A DNA stretch of 57,676 nucleotides, the filler included, from Bipalium vagum (Eukaryota): NCBI GenBank assembly GCA_037834085.1. It is 3 parts of 3 records of this genome, joined end to end, with 100 filler letters (N's around TTAATTAATTAA, not from the genome) between each part and the next. Parts side by side here need not be neighbours in the genome. Positions count along the whole stretch, not along the records: positions 16,694 to 39,502 come from JBBMKC010216469.1; 2 more parts are not named here. The stretch is one strand, 5' to 3'. Positions 24,897 to 38,049 of this stretch are shown here, one piece after another. Position numbers and translations under genes: made by a program. A model generated the notes under the pieces. The model saw nothing but the letters and a program-made list of their open reading frames with translations. It was not told where the DNA came from and ran no database searches. The first letter of the stretch is position 1; every line of letters starts with the position of its first letter.

Positions 24897-27800
24897 ATAT
24901 ATTTTAATCTCGAATTTTGTTAGAAAAAGTTTTCAAATTGTGAGTAGGCTAGCCGGTAGCAGTTATTGTCTACCCTGGTTTCGGTAGTTCATAGTACAGA
25001 ATAACCTTTTGTCCCACATTCAAACATTAATATTTTTTCTAGGTACATTAAAAGAAGGCCAATGTTGGAATTGGTTTGAGAAGACGTGATTTTTCTCTCA
25101 AAGAAACGCAAATATCTGACCATAGATGCCAATGACCACAAAATCAAAGACTTATTAGGAAGCTCAGGATATCGCAAACAGATATCGAAAACCATATCAA
25201 GCATATTAGTTAAATAACAAAACTCAATTTATGGTTTCTGGAAATCTGGGATTTGTTTCATAACAAAGACAATTCTTAAATTAATAAAAGATTATTGTTT
25301 CATAAGTTTCATGTCTTCATTTTCTTCACAAAAGCCTGCAATTACTTTCTTTCCAACCCTATAATATATTTTTTATAATAATAAAAATTTTAATAAATAA
25401 AAAAATATATTAACCGCAATAATAATAATAAATAATACAATTTTTTCAAATATTTTATTTCATGAAAAATTATAAATAAATAATACTGTTGTTTCTAGGA
25501 AATGGATTTTCTTATCTTCTTTCCTTATTTGATTATCCATAGAATCAATACAGATTTGAGGAGTCCAGCTGACATGATACGTTGTTGGAGAATCTTGATT
25601 TGAGAAAAAAATAATTATTATATTATTTGTAATCTATAAAAAGGAATGAAAATGAAATTATTTATTAATTATTTAAATTACAAAGCGTAATATTAACATT
25701 TAATTTTTTAAAAATTCAGAAGCAAAGTGAAAAAATATTTAAAATTGTTTTAATAAGATTTCAAATATTGGTTATCTTTAGTTTATCTGGAAAATTATTC
25801 ATTTAAATTTAATGACCTATTTAATTATTTAGAAAAAATTATATCTTGAAATATTACAACTTCATTTTTTATCTTTTAATTTCTGTAATTTAGGTTTTAT
25901 CTGTTGAAATAATGAATGATGATGTCATTTTCATTTTGTTGAAAATTAATTTTGTAGTACTTTTCAGAATTTTATTATTTTATTTTAATTTATGGAATTT
26001 AAAATTATAAATAATCAATAAACTAAATTCATTGAACCTGTTGTCTTTATCAAATTCCATATTTTCTGTCAACAGATTTTTAAAAACGCATAAAAATTAA
26101 AGAAACTTGGTGTCCTTTGAAAAAGATTAATAATATATAATAATTTCAATAAATTTCTAACATTTATAAAAATGGTCTGTATCCAGTAATGTGGTGGTAT
26201 TTCGAATTTTACTTTTAAAAATTTATCATTTACTATAAATATCTATTTAAAAGGAATGAGTAAGAATAAGAATAATAATAAGAACAATAAAAAAAAAAAA
26301 AAAAAAAAAATAATAATAATAATAATTATAATAATAATAATTATAATAATAATAATTATAATAATATGGAACAAAATATAATTGAATACTGATTTAAATA
26401 TAATTAATCAAAGAAATCAATTTATTAATTAGTAGAAGATTTTATCACATTCCTGACCAAGTGAAATGGTTTTTGCTGGTTTGGGAAAGGAACATTGAAA
26501 AAAATAATATCTTATTTTGTGAAAGCTATTGAAATTCCCACAGAAAAGAGAAAAATTTTCCTAAACTAATATTGTTATTAGATAATAGCGATAATGCTGT
26601 TAATAGTAAAAAACGATTTTTCAAGGTGGGTTAACTTTTGGGAATATATGTTTATGTCAGCCTCATTGTAATCATTGTAAATTTTTAAAAAAATTGATGA
26701 AAAAAGGAAATGTGAATCAGACGAAATATTAAAAAAAATTTCATCTCTTCATTTTCCCATACCTGATGATCTCGAGATCAGTGTAACATTACTGGAAAAT
26801 TAATTGATTCTTTATGGTTATGGGAACATTTCATAGAATTACTTTTGAAATTGGTTATAAAAGCACAGAAGCCTGAGTTTTATTTTCGACAGTTCATGTT
26901 TCATCAGCTTAACTAATTTGTAAAAGTTATATAATATGATAAAATATATATAAGGATTGAGTTGGTGGTCATAATGTTTACTCTGATTACAGTGCTGTTC
27001 ACTGGGTTTAATCGCATTTTCATATGAATTTAAACAATTTTTTAAATGAATTTAATCAAATTTTCAAATAATTGTATTATTATTATTATTATTGATGCGA
27101 TTTTGAATTTATGCGGTATATTTTTTAATGAAACTATACTCTTTTAAACGCATGTTGGAAAGAAATTTGGCCTGAATGCGTATTTAATAAAGATGTACAA
27201 AATTAAATAGCAACCATATTCCCAGAAATTATTTCACTGACCAAAGCAATTGGCTTTGATAAATTTGACGAGAACGATATTGAAGAATTGCTTGTGGACG
27301 AAGCCTTATGTGACAAAGAAATTTTAGAAAGTTTGTAATTAGATTCTATCGAAGATCCTTTTGAAGACCAGAAGAAAAATCAGTCCCACTTAGTGTCAAT
27401 TTAATTTGCGAAGGCCTTTAACTTGCAAGTAAATTGGAAAATCCTTTTCTATTAAATGACAACGATTAAGAGGGTGCCTTAAAATTTACATGTGATCTGA
27501 AATTTTGTATGTCAGGTTACCGAGAACTCTATAAAAATTTATCCAAGCCATCACAGAGATTAATTACTGACTATTTCATATTTTTTGTTTAAATGCTATT
27601 TTTCATATATATAAACAGTTGAGACCCTAAAAATAACATTTTATAAAAAAAAAATTGGTGACCATTAGATAAAACTTTCCAGGACTGTGGCCCGTATCTA
27701 TCATTTTCTATATAAATATATGTTTTTTCATGTGCGACCTTTTCTGGTCCGTATCTACCGCATAAAAAGAGAATTGAATATATAAATATATCTAAAATAA

Positions 27801-30800
27801 TCTTATTTTTTTGTTAATTATTTAATATTTTATTATTTTATTTACATAACTTGATATTGAAATGCATAAATAACAAGTGAATGAATTTTAAAAGATTTTT
27901 AAAAGTGACTAAAGTTTGAAGAAAAGAAAAAGAAAAAAAAAATTTTAATTAACACAATATTTTATTTCTATTATTGTCTTTGATTTTTTTCAATAACTTT
28001 TAGTTTCTGAAATTTATTTTATTATTATAAAAAATTATTATTTTTTATATATTTTAGTACTTTTGACTGAAAATTGTTGAAATATTTCTATAAAATATTT
28101 ATTCCATACAATTAAAAAAAGATTGATTCCGTCAAAACAAAAAAATTTTTGTTATCAGAATCACAAATAAAATATGCGACTCAATTTTTAATTAGAAAAG
28201 GAAAATAATTTTAAAAAGCCCTATCAAATGAGAGTATAGAAAAACAATTTAACCAACTCAAAATCAATACCTCTTTTGTTAATTATTTTGAGATGGATTA
28301 CATTTTCGCCATTGATGTGCTCTGGAGTGGATATCAGAACAGACATATGTTCGTTTTTGACGATGCTTTTATTATTACAATCTGAAAATCGATGAAGCAG
28401 AATAATGGAACAAATCAACAAATAAAAAATAAAAAGATATTTTAATAAAACCCGTTTAGTTGAAAATTAAAACAAGGAATATTTTTTTTACTTTGTCATT
28501 TGAAATCATCGGCAATAAAAATACAAGTATTTTCTCGTTATTTTCTCTTATATAATACATAATAAATATTTAAACGTTTATAGAGGGATCCATGGAAATC
28601 TCGATTTTAAAAAAGGTATTTAGCGACACAAACATGCATAATTTATGTACTGAATATATTATAGCAATTTTTGTCAAAAACTTTAATCGAATTCCAAATA
28701 GTCAACATTGTTTTAAAAAGTCAATAAGTTAAATAATAGTTTTAATCTTGTGAACATAATAAACTTATTTTTTAAATAGACATATTTCAATAATTTTGAG
28801 CAGTTTTTTCCAAACATTTATTATCAAGAAACATGTTTCTAACTATTATCAGTCATTCAAATTAAAAAACAACAAACTTTAATTATCTAAACGTCGATCT
28901 AATTTTTTATTTAAATATTTTGTAAAAATCTGAATGGTGCAAAATTATTATTTTTAATTTGAAATAGAAAACAATGATTTACGAATAACCATTTAATTGT
29001 AAGATCCATTTGAAAACATTATACCAGTATAATAATATACATATTATTATTTTAATGAGTATTTTGAACTGTCCACATCCTTCAAATTTCATTTAAAAAT
29101 AACTTTATTTAAAAGAAATAAAATAAATTAAGTTATTTTAATCAAATATAGCAAATTTATTTTTCATTGAAGTCTTCAAACGAAAGACCAGAATATTTTT
29201 CATTTTAAAAAGAAAAATATATGGGTTCAATGATGTAAGAATTGATCAAAATAAATCAGAAAACTCAATTTTATTACTTTCTACAGAGAAATAAATTCGT
29301 TTTGACCAGTGAGTTACAAGAGAATTGAGACCGCTAAAAAATTCATCTCACTTTTGGTAATAAAACCTGGCAACAAAACACCTTGGAATCCTTAGAAATG
29401 AAAAATGAAGAAAATCAACTGTCATATAGAAACGGTAACGATATATCTAACAGGCATCAAATATTAATTCTGTGCACTATAATTTAATGATTATTTTATT
29501 ATCATTTTTCTGGTAAATCAATTGAAATATAATTAAATGATCAAATAATTTACATAATTTATTTATAAATATTTAGGAAACANNNNNNNNNNNNNNNNNN
29601 NNNNNNNNNNNNNNNNNNNNNNNNNNNNNNNNNNNNNNNNNNNNNNNNNNNNNNNNNNNNNNNNNNNNNNNNNNNNNNNNNNNNNNNNNNNNNNNNNNNN
29701 NNNNNNNNNNNNNNNNNNNNNNNNNNNNNNNNNNNNNNNNNNNNNNNNNNNNNNNNNNNNNNNNNNNNNNNNNNATCTTTATTTTTTTTATTGTTATTAT
29801 TCTAATTATTAATAGCTAAGTTATTTCACTAATTTAAATATATACCTGATAATATTATTGATTAAAATAAAGAGCCTTACTTTGAAAATCATGAAAAAAG
29901 ACTTCATCAAAACGTTTTTGGCCTAATGAAGGGGTTGATAGAAATAAAGATGACGGTTCCGATAATATGGGATCATCCCCTTGCCAATAGAATTTCGTTG
30001 ACACCTAAAATAAATATCAGAATATTTTCCTATTTAAACAATCGTCATTTTTGATTAAAAGGCAGTAGAATCAGATTATTGATAACTAGTCAGATAATAC
30101 TTATAGATCGTAAAAGCGTTTTGTACAGCTTTTTTCATTCCAAAAAATTACAATTTTCTTTGGAAATTTTATCGTTTTTTCTCATAATCCAAGATATTCA
30201 AGTCCTGATAGTGTCTTTAGAAAAATGCATACGTAAAAGTATTGCTTGCTTATCTCTCAATATTACCACAAAATTTTCACGAAATAAAATGTCACACATG
30301 TACAATGTGCTTTTTACAAAACCCATATTTGGAAAATCTTTTGAAAAACAAAAAGTGCCTTCATTGTAAACAAATTATGTTTTTAAAGATGTTCAATATA
30401 TATACAAATGAGGCAAGACCTATTCCCAGTTGATTAAAAATAACATGTAGGTTAGAAAGATATACTTTCCAGAGCAAAGTCAAACGTAGTAATAATATAT
30501 TATGGATTTATTAAAAAATAATAAAGGCCAATCGAAAATTCACTATTTATAAAAGCTTACTCGAATTTAAGTTAATGGATATTGTTTTAAATAATAATGA
30601 TAATAAATGTAAAAAAATAATGTAAATTTTATATTTTATTGAAGTAATAAATATTATTAAATAATAATTAGTACTTATTTATTAATAATAGGTATGAGAA
30701 TTAGTTCCCCTTGTTTTGTTATAGATTATTTATTATTATAAATATCGTGTATTTGTCATTGAAAATAAAACTAAAAATTGATATTGTAATATATCTATAA

Positions 30801-33800
30801 GATATCAATAGTTAGTATTTGTTTTAACTGATAGTGTTAAATAGCTTATTTATTTTAGCGAAATGCAAAATCATAGACCAAAAAAACAGAATCTGAGATA
30901 ATCATTATTATGTTACTATAATTTAAAGAAATAAGCAGCCAAAGCCAATAGTTTAATGACAAAAGCTTTAGGTGAATATGTCCTGTCCGAAACAACATGT
31001 AGAGAATGGTATCGACAGTATAAGAATGGGCGAACAAAATTAAAGTGATGTTATGTATGTGGGAACAAACGGAAGTTATGTACCATAAGCTTCTCAAACC
31101 ATCCGAAACTGTAACTGGTGATCGATATCAGCAGCAAATATTCGACTTAAGTCGACCAATAAGTACCAAGAGTACCAGATCACATCTTGCAAAACCCGTT
31201 AAAGAAACATTGAAAAGGTGGGAGATTCTACCTCACTCCCTGTACTCACCAGACATATCGCCCTCCGACTTCCACTTGTTTTGATCCATGCAGCATTCTC
31301 TTACTGGACAGGTTTTCAATTTCTATAAAAATCTCAAAAGATAGATGGATCAATGGATTTCTTAGAAGGATCAAGATTTCTTTTTCCATTCTTTGCCCGA
31401 AAGATGGTCAAAAGTTATAGTTTTGACTCAAATAAATGTCTTGTTACATTTAAATAAACGACTTTTTTCATAATAAAACAATGTAAATTAATTCCCATAC
31501 ATAATGATATTAATCTTGAATTATTAATAAAAATAATATTAGTAATCATATTAGTATTATTTATTTATTATTCATTATTATTTTTAATATTAATTGATTA
31601 TTATGATATTTTAAATTATTATTAGTACAGTTGCCATTAAGTAACATTAACTATTTTCTAATTATTAATAAATAATAAATTTTATTTAAACAAACCACAA
31701 ATATTAATAAATGCTTACCTCAACTCTGTAAGTTATATTCGGCTTAAGATTTTCCAGCACATACGATACTTTATCCTAAATATATTAAAAACAATATTTA
31801 ATTTTTTAAAGATATTTCTTGATGGTTTAAATACATTTTCATTTTTCAATATTCACAAAAAAACGACAATGTTTTTTATGGAAAAGGGTTTTCAATAAAA
31901 TTAATGAAAAACAGAAGTCAATTACTGGAGGCACAGACTGAGTGAACTGAGTGAGTGCAGAAATAGCTTGTCCGTCGGATTGAACATAACCATAATCTAT
32001 CATCCATTTGACCTAAGCAATTATTAATTTATCATAATAATTATAATGTTACTATATATTCCGATACAGGCAGAACAAAATCTTCATATTTTATCCAACC
32101 AATTTTAACACTGATTTTCCCAGAACTGTACACTCTGGTTAAAAGCTCGGATAAACCTTTCACAGAGCTTGGGTTAATTGGTCTGTCTGCAATCTCTGGA
32201 AAAGGGTCAGAGGGAACTCCATATCCTCTGGCCCCTTCAGGAGACACTGCAGCAAGTCTGAATTGATATATTTTACCCGGATCAAAAGTGTTTAGTCTGG
32301 CACCGGACTGGCTAGTCTATTGAATTAATTAATGTTAATTAACTAATACTATTTAAATTAATAAAAATAGACAACAAAGAAATACTTAATAAAAGAAAAA
32401 AACTCGATCTATTTAATAAAACCTGACTCAAGTATGATGAATTTGAAAATTCCTAAAATTGACATTAAAATTCCTTATTTAACTGAACACCCTGGAAAAA
32501 CCTAACAATATAACAAGGTTTCTAGATAAATTTAAGTTTCTTAAATCTTACCAGTTAAAAGAAAAATCATTAATGACAAAAACTACGGAGAGGGGAACCG
32601 GAACTTAATATAGCATTGATAAAAAACTATTGTATCAAAAAATATTTTGGAAGTTATTATTATTAATTATAAATTCTAATTCATTTTATTTAATAAGAAT
32701 TATTTATTACTAACAATTTTTAAAATTTATTTATCAATCATTATTATTATTAATTATTAATTATTATTATTTTATTAGTATTATTATCATTAGTATTATT
32801 TTATCTAATTTATTAAATAATATCTCTGGGACTGAATAATATTATGCTCATTGAAAAATATTATAAAGAAACAATTATTTTTATGCGCAAAGAAAATTTA
32901 TTTCTAAAGTATTTATGGTTAAATATTAAAATCCACGACTAATTTGCTAGGCTTATCGAGATTATACAAAATTGAATGGGAATACATATTGATATTTTTT
33001 TTAAAAAACCATTTACTTTTCATATTGAAATTAATTACTTCATGATTATTTCTATTTTTATATTTTTTAATGAAAATCGAATAATTTAATGATAATAATA
33101 ATAGTAATAATAATAATAATAACAAATTTTAAAAAAATAATAAAAATTAATACTATAACAAAATCATAATATATAAAAATCATACTTTATCAATAATATA
33201 TATTTTAATGCTACGAAGCATCTCATCAATCCCCTTGGAAAGTAAAATATTTTTCATTCCATTCAATTCATTTAAATTTCTATTTGTATAACATTATAGT
33301 ATGTAAGATTAAGTCTTATTTTATATTTTTAATAGGTTTAGCAAATGGCAGTTAATATGAACATTAGCATAAAAACCGTATTATTAATGACCAACTTCGA
33401 GTCAATTAGTGTTGTAAAAAGAAAATTAAAAGCCTAGTTTTGGAAAAATCTGTCAGGTGAAAGCAGTATAAGAGAGATCATCATAAATGAAAATAAAAAA
33501 GTAGCCGCAATTGTTCAAAATGAGTTTCAATGGAGTATTTGACCTGTTGAAACTACCTGCTCAACTTTTTGAGCACCCATTGAACCTAAGTCTTTTAAAT
33601 GTTTCTTTAAATGGTTTTGCAAGATGTGGTCTGACGTTATCGTGTGGCAAAATGATCTGATCTTGGCTTAAGCCATATTGTGGTCTCTTGGTACTTATTG
33701 GTCGACTTAAATAAAGTAATTACTACTGATATCAATCTCCGGTTACAGTTTTGGATGATTTGAGAAGATCATGGTACAATACTTCCGTTTGGTCCCACTA

Positions 33801-36800
33801 GATACATACCATCACTTTTTTCTACATGTTAGTTCGGACAGGACATATTCACCTTAAGAGTTAACATCTACTAATTTCAATTAATGGGACCATCCAAAGA
33901 AAATGGTATTCAAATCTAAAATTAAAAATATTAAGGATTTGAAAACAAAAATAACTGAAGAAATAAAAACTATTACGAGTTTTACGCTATTAAACATTTA
34001 GCCCGTAAATTTCAAGATAATTTTAAGGTTAAAAGGATGTGCCGTTGGCTAACCCAACACAAGAAAAATCTCGAATAACCCATTTTTAAAGATTATAAAG
34101 AGGATGAGTTTATGTATCTCAATTAATGTATTTCAATAATATACTTCAGTAAAGTTTTTCATAAAATCAAACTTGAAAGATTTGTCTTTCACTAAATAAA
34201 GCAAGCCATTAAAAATCTCTAAGTGCATAACAAACATCAAAACCGACTTTCGGCGGGGACTTTGGGGTCATCCTATATAATACTATAGTACAATTTTTTA
34301 AAAAATATTTAATTTTGTTTAATTAATTTGAAGCTCTTTTTATTTTATTTTGTTATATGAACTTTATTTTAAGAAAAATTTATTTTCAAGTTATTTTAGA
34401 TTTTGTTTTTATAAATAAGATCTAATATAATAATATTTACAAGAATATTTAATTAAACATTATTTTTAAAAATTATTGTTCAAAGTAAAATGTTAAAATT
34501 ACTCATTATTTAATTTGATAATGAATTTTATTTCAATGAAAAAAAATAATAACAAAGACTATATTCATAATAATAATAATTTTTTATATTTATAATAATT
34601 ATTATTAATATTACTATTACTAATGATATGATTTAATTTTTAACTTTGAGGGTCTATCACTTCAAACGTTAAAAATTTTCAGAAAAAATTTATAACTTAC
34701 AATAATTAAAGTATGCCACTTTTCTACATAAGCAATATCGAACCTTTTGCAAGGACAGACTCGAGTTTGAAGAACAAATGTCAACGGCATTTTTTCGGCT
34801 ACAAACTTTTTATATTCAGATATCCATTCAAGTTCGATATCACTGGAATTAGATATTTTGATGGGTTTCAATTTTGTAGGCAAATCAGGAATTGAATCAT
34901 TAAAAACGGGCTGAAAAATTTATTGTTTGTTTATTGACTACACTAAAAACTTCAATATACCCTTATGCAAATATCACTGCAACCGATTTGACAGCATTTA
35001 TGGGTAGTATTGACACATTTTTCATCCGACTTACACTTTGAATAGCAAGATGGTTGCTTAACTATATCAATACCTGCATCGGTTGTCGACGGACATTGGC
35101 CTGGTCTAACTTTCACAGCTTCCTCGAGATATTTACATCCTACTAAGCATCCTACTTCGGAATTCTAAAAATATTAATTATGGATAACGAATTATAAAAT
35201 ATTTCATGAAACTATTTTTCTTTTTAACAAATTTAATTATTTTTCCGTTTCATATTTTATTTTTAGTTTTTAATTAGCAAATCCGGAAATTAAGGGAAAA
35301 AAAGGAATTAAATTAATGTTTGGAATATGTTTCATTTTTTGGTTTTTATTTTATTCATTTATTTTAAATCTTAAATTTATAAAAAATATTAATAAATTAT
35401 AAATTTAAGAATTAAAAAAATTGTAATTAAAAAATAAATAGAAATATTATAAATATAAAAAATAAATATATAATGTAGTATAAATTTATTCTTTTAAATT
35501 TATATTTAAAAATATTTAGATAAATTTATGATTTTTTGAAAGTCATATCATCTTCTGTTTTTATAACTTCATCATTATTGTCTAAACTAAATCCACTCTA
35601 AAATCGAAAAAGATAGAACAATTAATGATGTCAACAAGAACCGTTCTGGAAGACGCAGAATATCGACAAGTACCACAAAGGAAGAAAGAGTACTGGAATT
35701 GTTAAATCTAAGTCCACAAAAATCTGTGAGACAAGCAAGTCTTGAACTAGGAATCTCAAAAGACTCTGTTCACTGAACTTTGAAGTGCTTTTTGAAATAA
35801 AATCTATTTCATTATACTTCCGATATATAATTATTTTATACATTTACAAAAAAATGTTCTCCCAATGTCTTACAAGTCTAGAGACCTGGCGGCACAAGGT
35901 TTGATCCAAAATATACTGTCAAGAATGTAAAAAATTATCCCTCCGTTATGGTCTGTTCATCAATGTCATATGATGGTGTGGGTAATTTATGTTTTGTTCC
36001 TGTTGGTACAACTATTACATCTACGGAATACATCGACATATTAAACCAACACCTTCTGTCAATTGAAACTGGTAAAATCTATCAGCATGATGGAACAAAT
36101 TGTCATACAGTCAAGACCGTAAAAGAATTTATCTCTCCTAACAATATGGAGGTACTTTGGCCATGGCCTGGAAATTCCTTCGACCTCTCACCAATTGAAA
36201 ACTGCTGATTCGAATTGAAGAAAAAAGTCTCAAATCTCAATCCAACATCAATTAATGACTTAAAAATGAAAATTAATCAAGTGTGGAGAAATGATATCTC
36301 GCCTGACTATTGCAAACATTTAATTAAGTCAATACCTAATCGTATTGCGGCAGTCATTAAAGCTAAAGGAGAGATCACAAAATTTTAAATTTTTTTTATA
36401 ATGTTCATTCATGATAAATGTTGTACAAAATATATACAATATTTTGGAATTAATACGTCTTTTCAAATTTATAATAAGAATTTACATTTTTTGAAGGTGG
36501 GCTCAGATTTTTGACGGGGACTAGAAATGAAACAAATTTAATTTAATTGTTAAATTTATTAATAAATGTTATTAAAGTAATTATTAAAATATGTATTATT
36601 GCAAACAAATTAAAAAATGTAACAAAATAATAAAAATTCAAAATCTAAAAAAGGGTGTTCACTACTAGTGATAGTGATGAATTGCGTGATTAATATTGAC
36701 ATTCCTTGAAATGATCTTAGTTGAAGCTGAATAAATCTCATGTTTTTATTTTCTCTTATGATTATAGTTGAACCTAACCATGTAAAAATTATTGAGTCAC

Positions 36801-37931
36801 ATTAAGAGGAGCTCGATTAATAATAAAATATTAGCAAAATTGTGAGTTTATCTTTGTAATAATATGAGAAAGTTTTCGAAATTTTTGTTTACGATAATTC
36901 AAACAATAATATTAATATATTATAATGAACAAAAATAATGTAATCATTTATTTTCCAGTGCCTTGAATCTTAATAATTAGTCTAAAATTATATCATCAAA
37001 ATTATTTTGTTCAATAAAAATTANNNNNNNNNNNNNNNNNNNNNNNNNNNNNNNNNNNNNNNNNNNNNNNNNNNNNNNNNNNNNNNNNNNNNNNNNNNNN
37101 NNNNNNNNNNNNNNNNNNNNNNNNNNNNNNNNNNNNNNNNNNNNNNNNNNNNNNNNNNNNNNNNNNNNNNNNNNNNNNNNNNNNNNNNNNNNTACTTCTA
37201 ATAATATTTACTAATTATTATTTGCTCAAGGAATAAAACATTGCTTAATTGATATATTTTATTTTTAATATTTGAGAAAAGTATTTTCAACTGAAAAGTA
37301 AAAAGAAATGGAATAAATTATAAAATCTAAAAAATGAAAAGTTACAGAACTCACTGCCAATTGTAATAAAAATTGGAATTTTATTTTTTTCATTGAAAGT
37401 GGACATTTTGAATTTTATTTAATTTAATTTGTGTAGATTCAGTTTTTTTTAAATTTAATATTTTAATCTATTCCACCGTATCTATTCTTCAGAAGTGTAT
37501 CCTTATTTTACTTATATAATAATATTATTATTATTTCTTATTTTATTTTAGTAATTTATTTATCCAACAGCGATTGACTTCATACATAAAATTAAAAAAA
37601 ATATTTAGTAAAGAATTGCGAAATAAATTCTTTTTAATAATAAAATAAAGAAATCTTACTGAACATTGCATCTCACACATGTTAGGCAGTTGGCGGCAAG
37701 CGTTTGTACACTTAATAAAATTATTTTATATATTAATTTAATAATATATTTTAATACTTGATCCAATGTCTTTTTGGTATTTGGATAATTTCTCAGACAT
37801 AGAGCCTGGCACTGAGCTGATGCAATTGTTAAATCCTCGTAACCATTCGACCATGTTATCAGTGATGAAATAGAAATATAAATGATGAGAAAGATAAGTG
37901 AAAAATGTAAGCGAGAACAATTTTTTCCCAT
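17834..37931 (-). CDS. ANOS1: Anosmin-1 / KAL-1 orthologue, 14 exons, about 691 aa (signal peptide, Cys-rich box, WAP, four FN3, C-terminal hydrophobic tail)
   Basis: Phase-consistent exons in transcript order: 37931-37758, 37710-37660, 35164-34961, 34910-34701, 32316-32053, 32012-31926, 31775-31719, 30004-29881, 28381-28271, 25593-25487, 24662-24470, 24416-24166, 18905-18752, 17922-17834 (2076 nt). Motifs: AQCQALCL; WAP RPGQCP...CYSKCKSDEKC...KCCQIGCSDIC; FN3 YQFRLAAVSPEGARGYGVPS (cf. human [20 protein letters not shown]), LENLKPNITYRVE, YHVSWTPQIC, FNCRYHIKI, LTNLQPQTIYMV. Confidence 0.93.
19380..19830 (+). mobile_element. Highly decayed mariner fragment in anosmin intron 12
   Basis: IPQLLT (WVPxLLT-like) and a KIMVIL.DF-like segment, with many stops. 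Confidence 0.4.
19850..19892. repeat. (TAA)n microsatellite
   Basis: About 14 TAA units. Confidence 0.95.
20093..20336. mobile_element. Tc1/mariner-type MITE, 244 bp
   Basis: Perfect 31 bp TIRs CAGTACCTGCAAAAAGTATTCGTACGATCAC (20093-20123 and 20306-20336), TA on both flanks, AT-rich non-coding interior. Confidence 0.95.
21040..21600 (+). mobile_element. Decayed mariner fragment
   Basis: KVTIEAN...TVREIAK, VLYKL (WVPHKL-like), FLKT, IVYNNIQR and DLHQ pieces with stops. Confidence 0.55.
23330..23800 (-). mobile_element. pogo/Tigger (CENP-B-type HTH) transposase N-terminal remnant
   Basis: YPDLEKAL, AEIFA, SKG.LSRFKK.IGMKTVKVQGE match the CENP-B-type helix-turn-helix of pogo elements. Interrupted by stops and frameshifts. 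Confidence 0.7.
24819..24895. repeat. (TAT)n microsatellite
   Basis: About 25 perfect units in anosmin intron 10. Confidence 0.95.
26288..26365. repeat. Poly-A run followed by imperfect (TAA)n
   Basis: About 23 A followed by TAA/TTATAA units. Confidence 0.85.
27105..27780 (+). mobile_element. pogo/Tigger-like transposase C-terminal remnant
   Basis: DENDIEELL, ASKLEN, ALKFTCDLKFCMSGYRELYKNL and RLITDYF. An ITDYF-type terminus is characteristic of Tigger-like transposases. Short inverted match TTTATGCGGTA / TACCGCATAAA near the ends. Confidence 0.6.
29583..29774. other. Assembly gap (N run) in anosmin intron 8
   Basis: Run of N. The flanking exons join in phase without it. Confidence 0.99.
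30686..31506 (+). mobile_element. Internally deleted mariner element with TIRs (anosmin intron 7)
   Basis: TIRs TAATAGGTATGAGAATTAGTT / AAATTAATTCCCATACATAATG. Transposase pieces GEYVLSETTCREWYRQYKNG, KVMLCMWEQ, WEILPHSLYSPDISPSDFHLF, LPERWSKVI. Confidence 0.92.
33590..33854 (-). mobile_element. Mariner fragment, same family as 30686-31506, opposite orientation (anosmin intron 4)
   Basis: Reverse complement aligns by eye with 30970-31215 (shared GGTGAATATGTCCTGTCCGAA, TTAAGTCGACCAATAAGTACCAAGAG, CACATCTTGCAAAACC). Encodes LPHDNVRPHLAKP. Confidence 0.88.
35620..36525 (+). mobile_element. Tc1 transposon remnant (anosmin intron 2)
   Basis: VMVCSSMSYDGVGNL, YQHDGTNCHT, WPGNSFDLSPIENC, IKSIPNRIAAVIKAKGEITKF form a classic Tc1 DD34E C-terminal half, with a premature stop. 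Confidence 0.92.
37024..37192. other. Assembly gap (N run) in anosmin intron 2
   Basis: Run of N. Confidence 0.99.
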
Positions 37932-38049
37932 TATAGACAAAGATAATTAATTCAATGAACAAGAAATAGATTGTCTTTTCAGATTTTCAGAAAGTAAGTG
38001 GAGCATTTTTGTTCGAAAATAGTTTCTATTTATTTATCCAAAAATGGTG

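Noticed and set aside
24960-25360. Coding-like minus-strand segment in anosmin intron 10 (ORF 24989-25204)
   Set aside because: It is not needed for the anosmin frame and has upstream stops. Probably a TE fragment that I cannot classify.
35369-35410. 14 bp AT-rich inverted repeat
   Set aside because: It lies in almost pure A/T sequence, where such matches are expected by chance.
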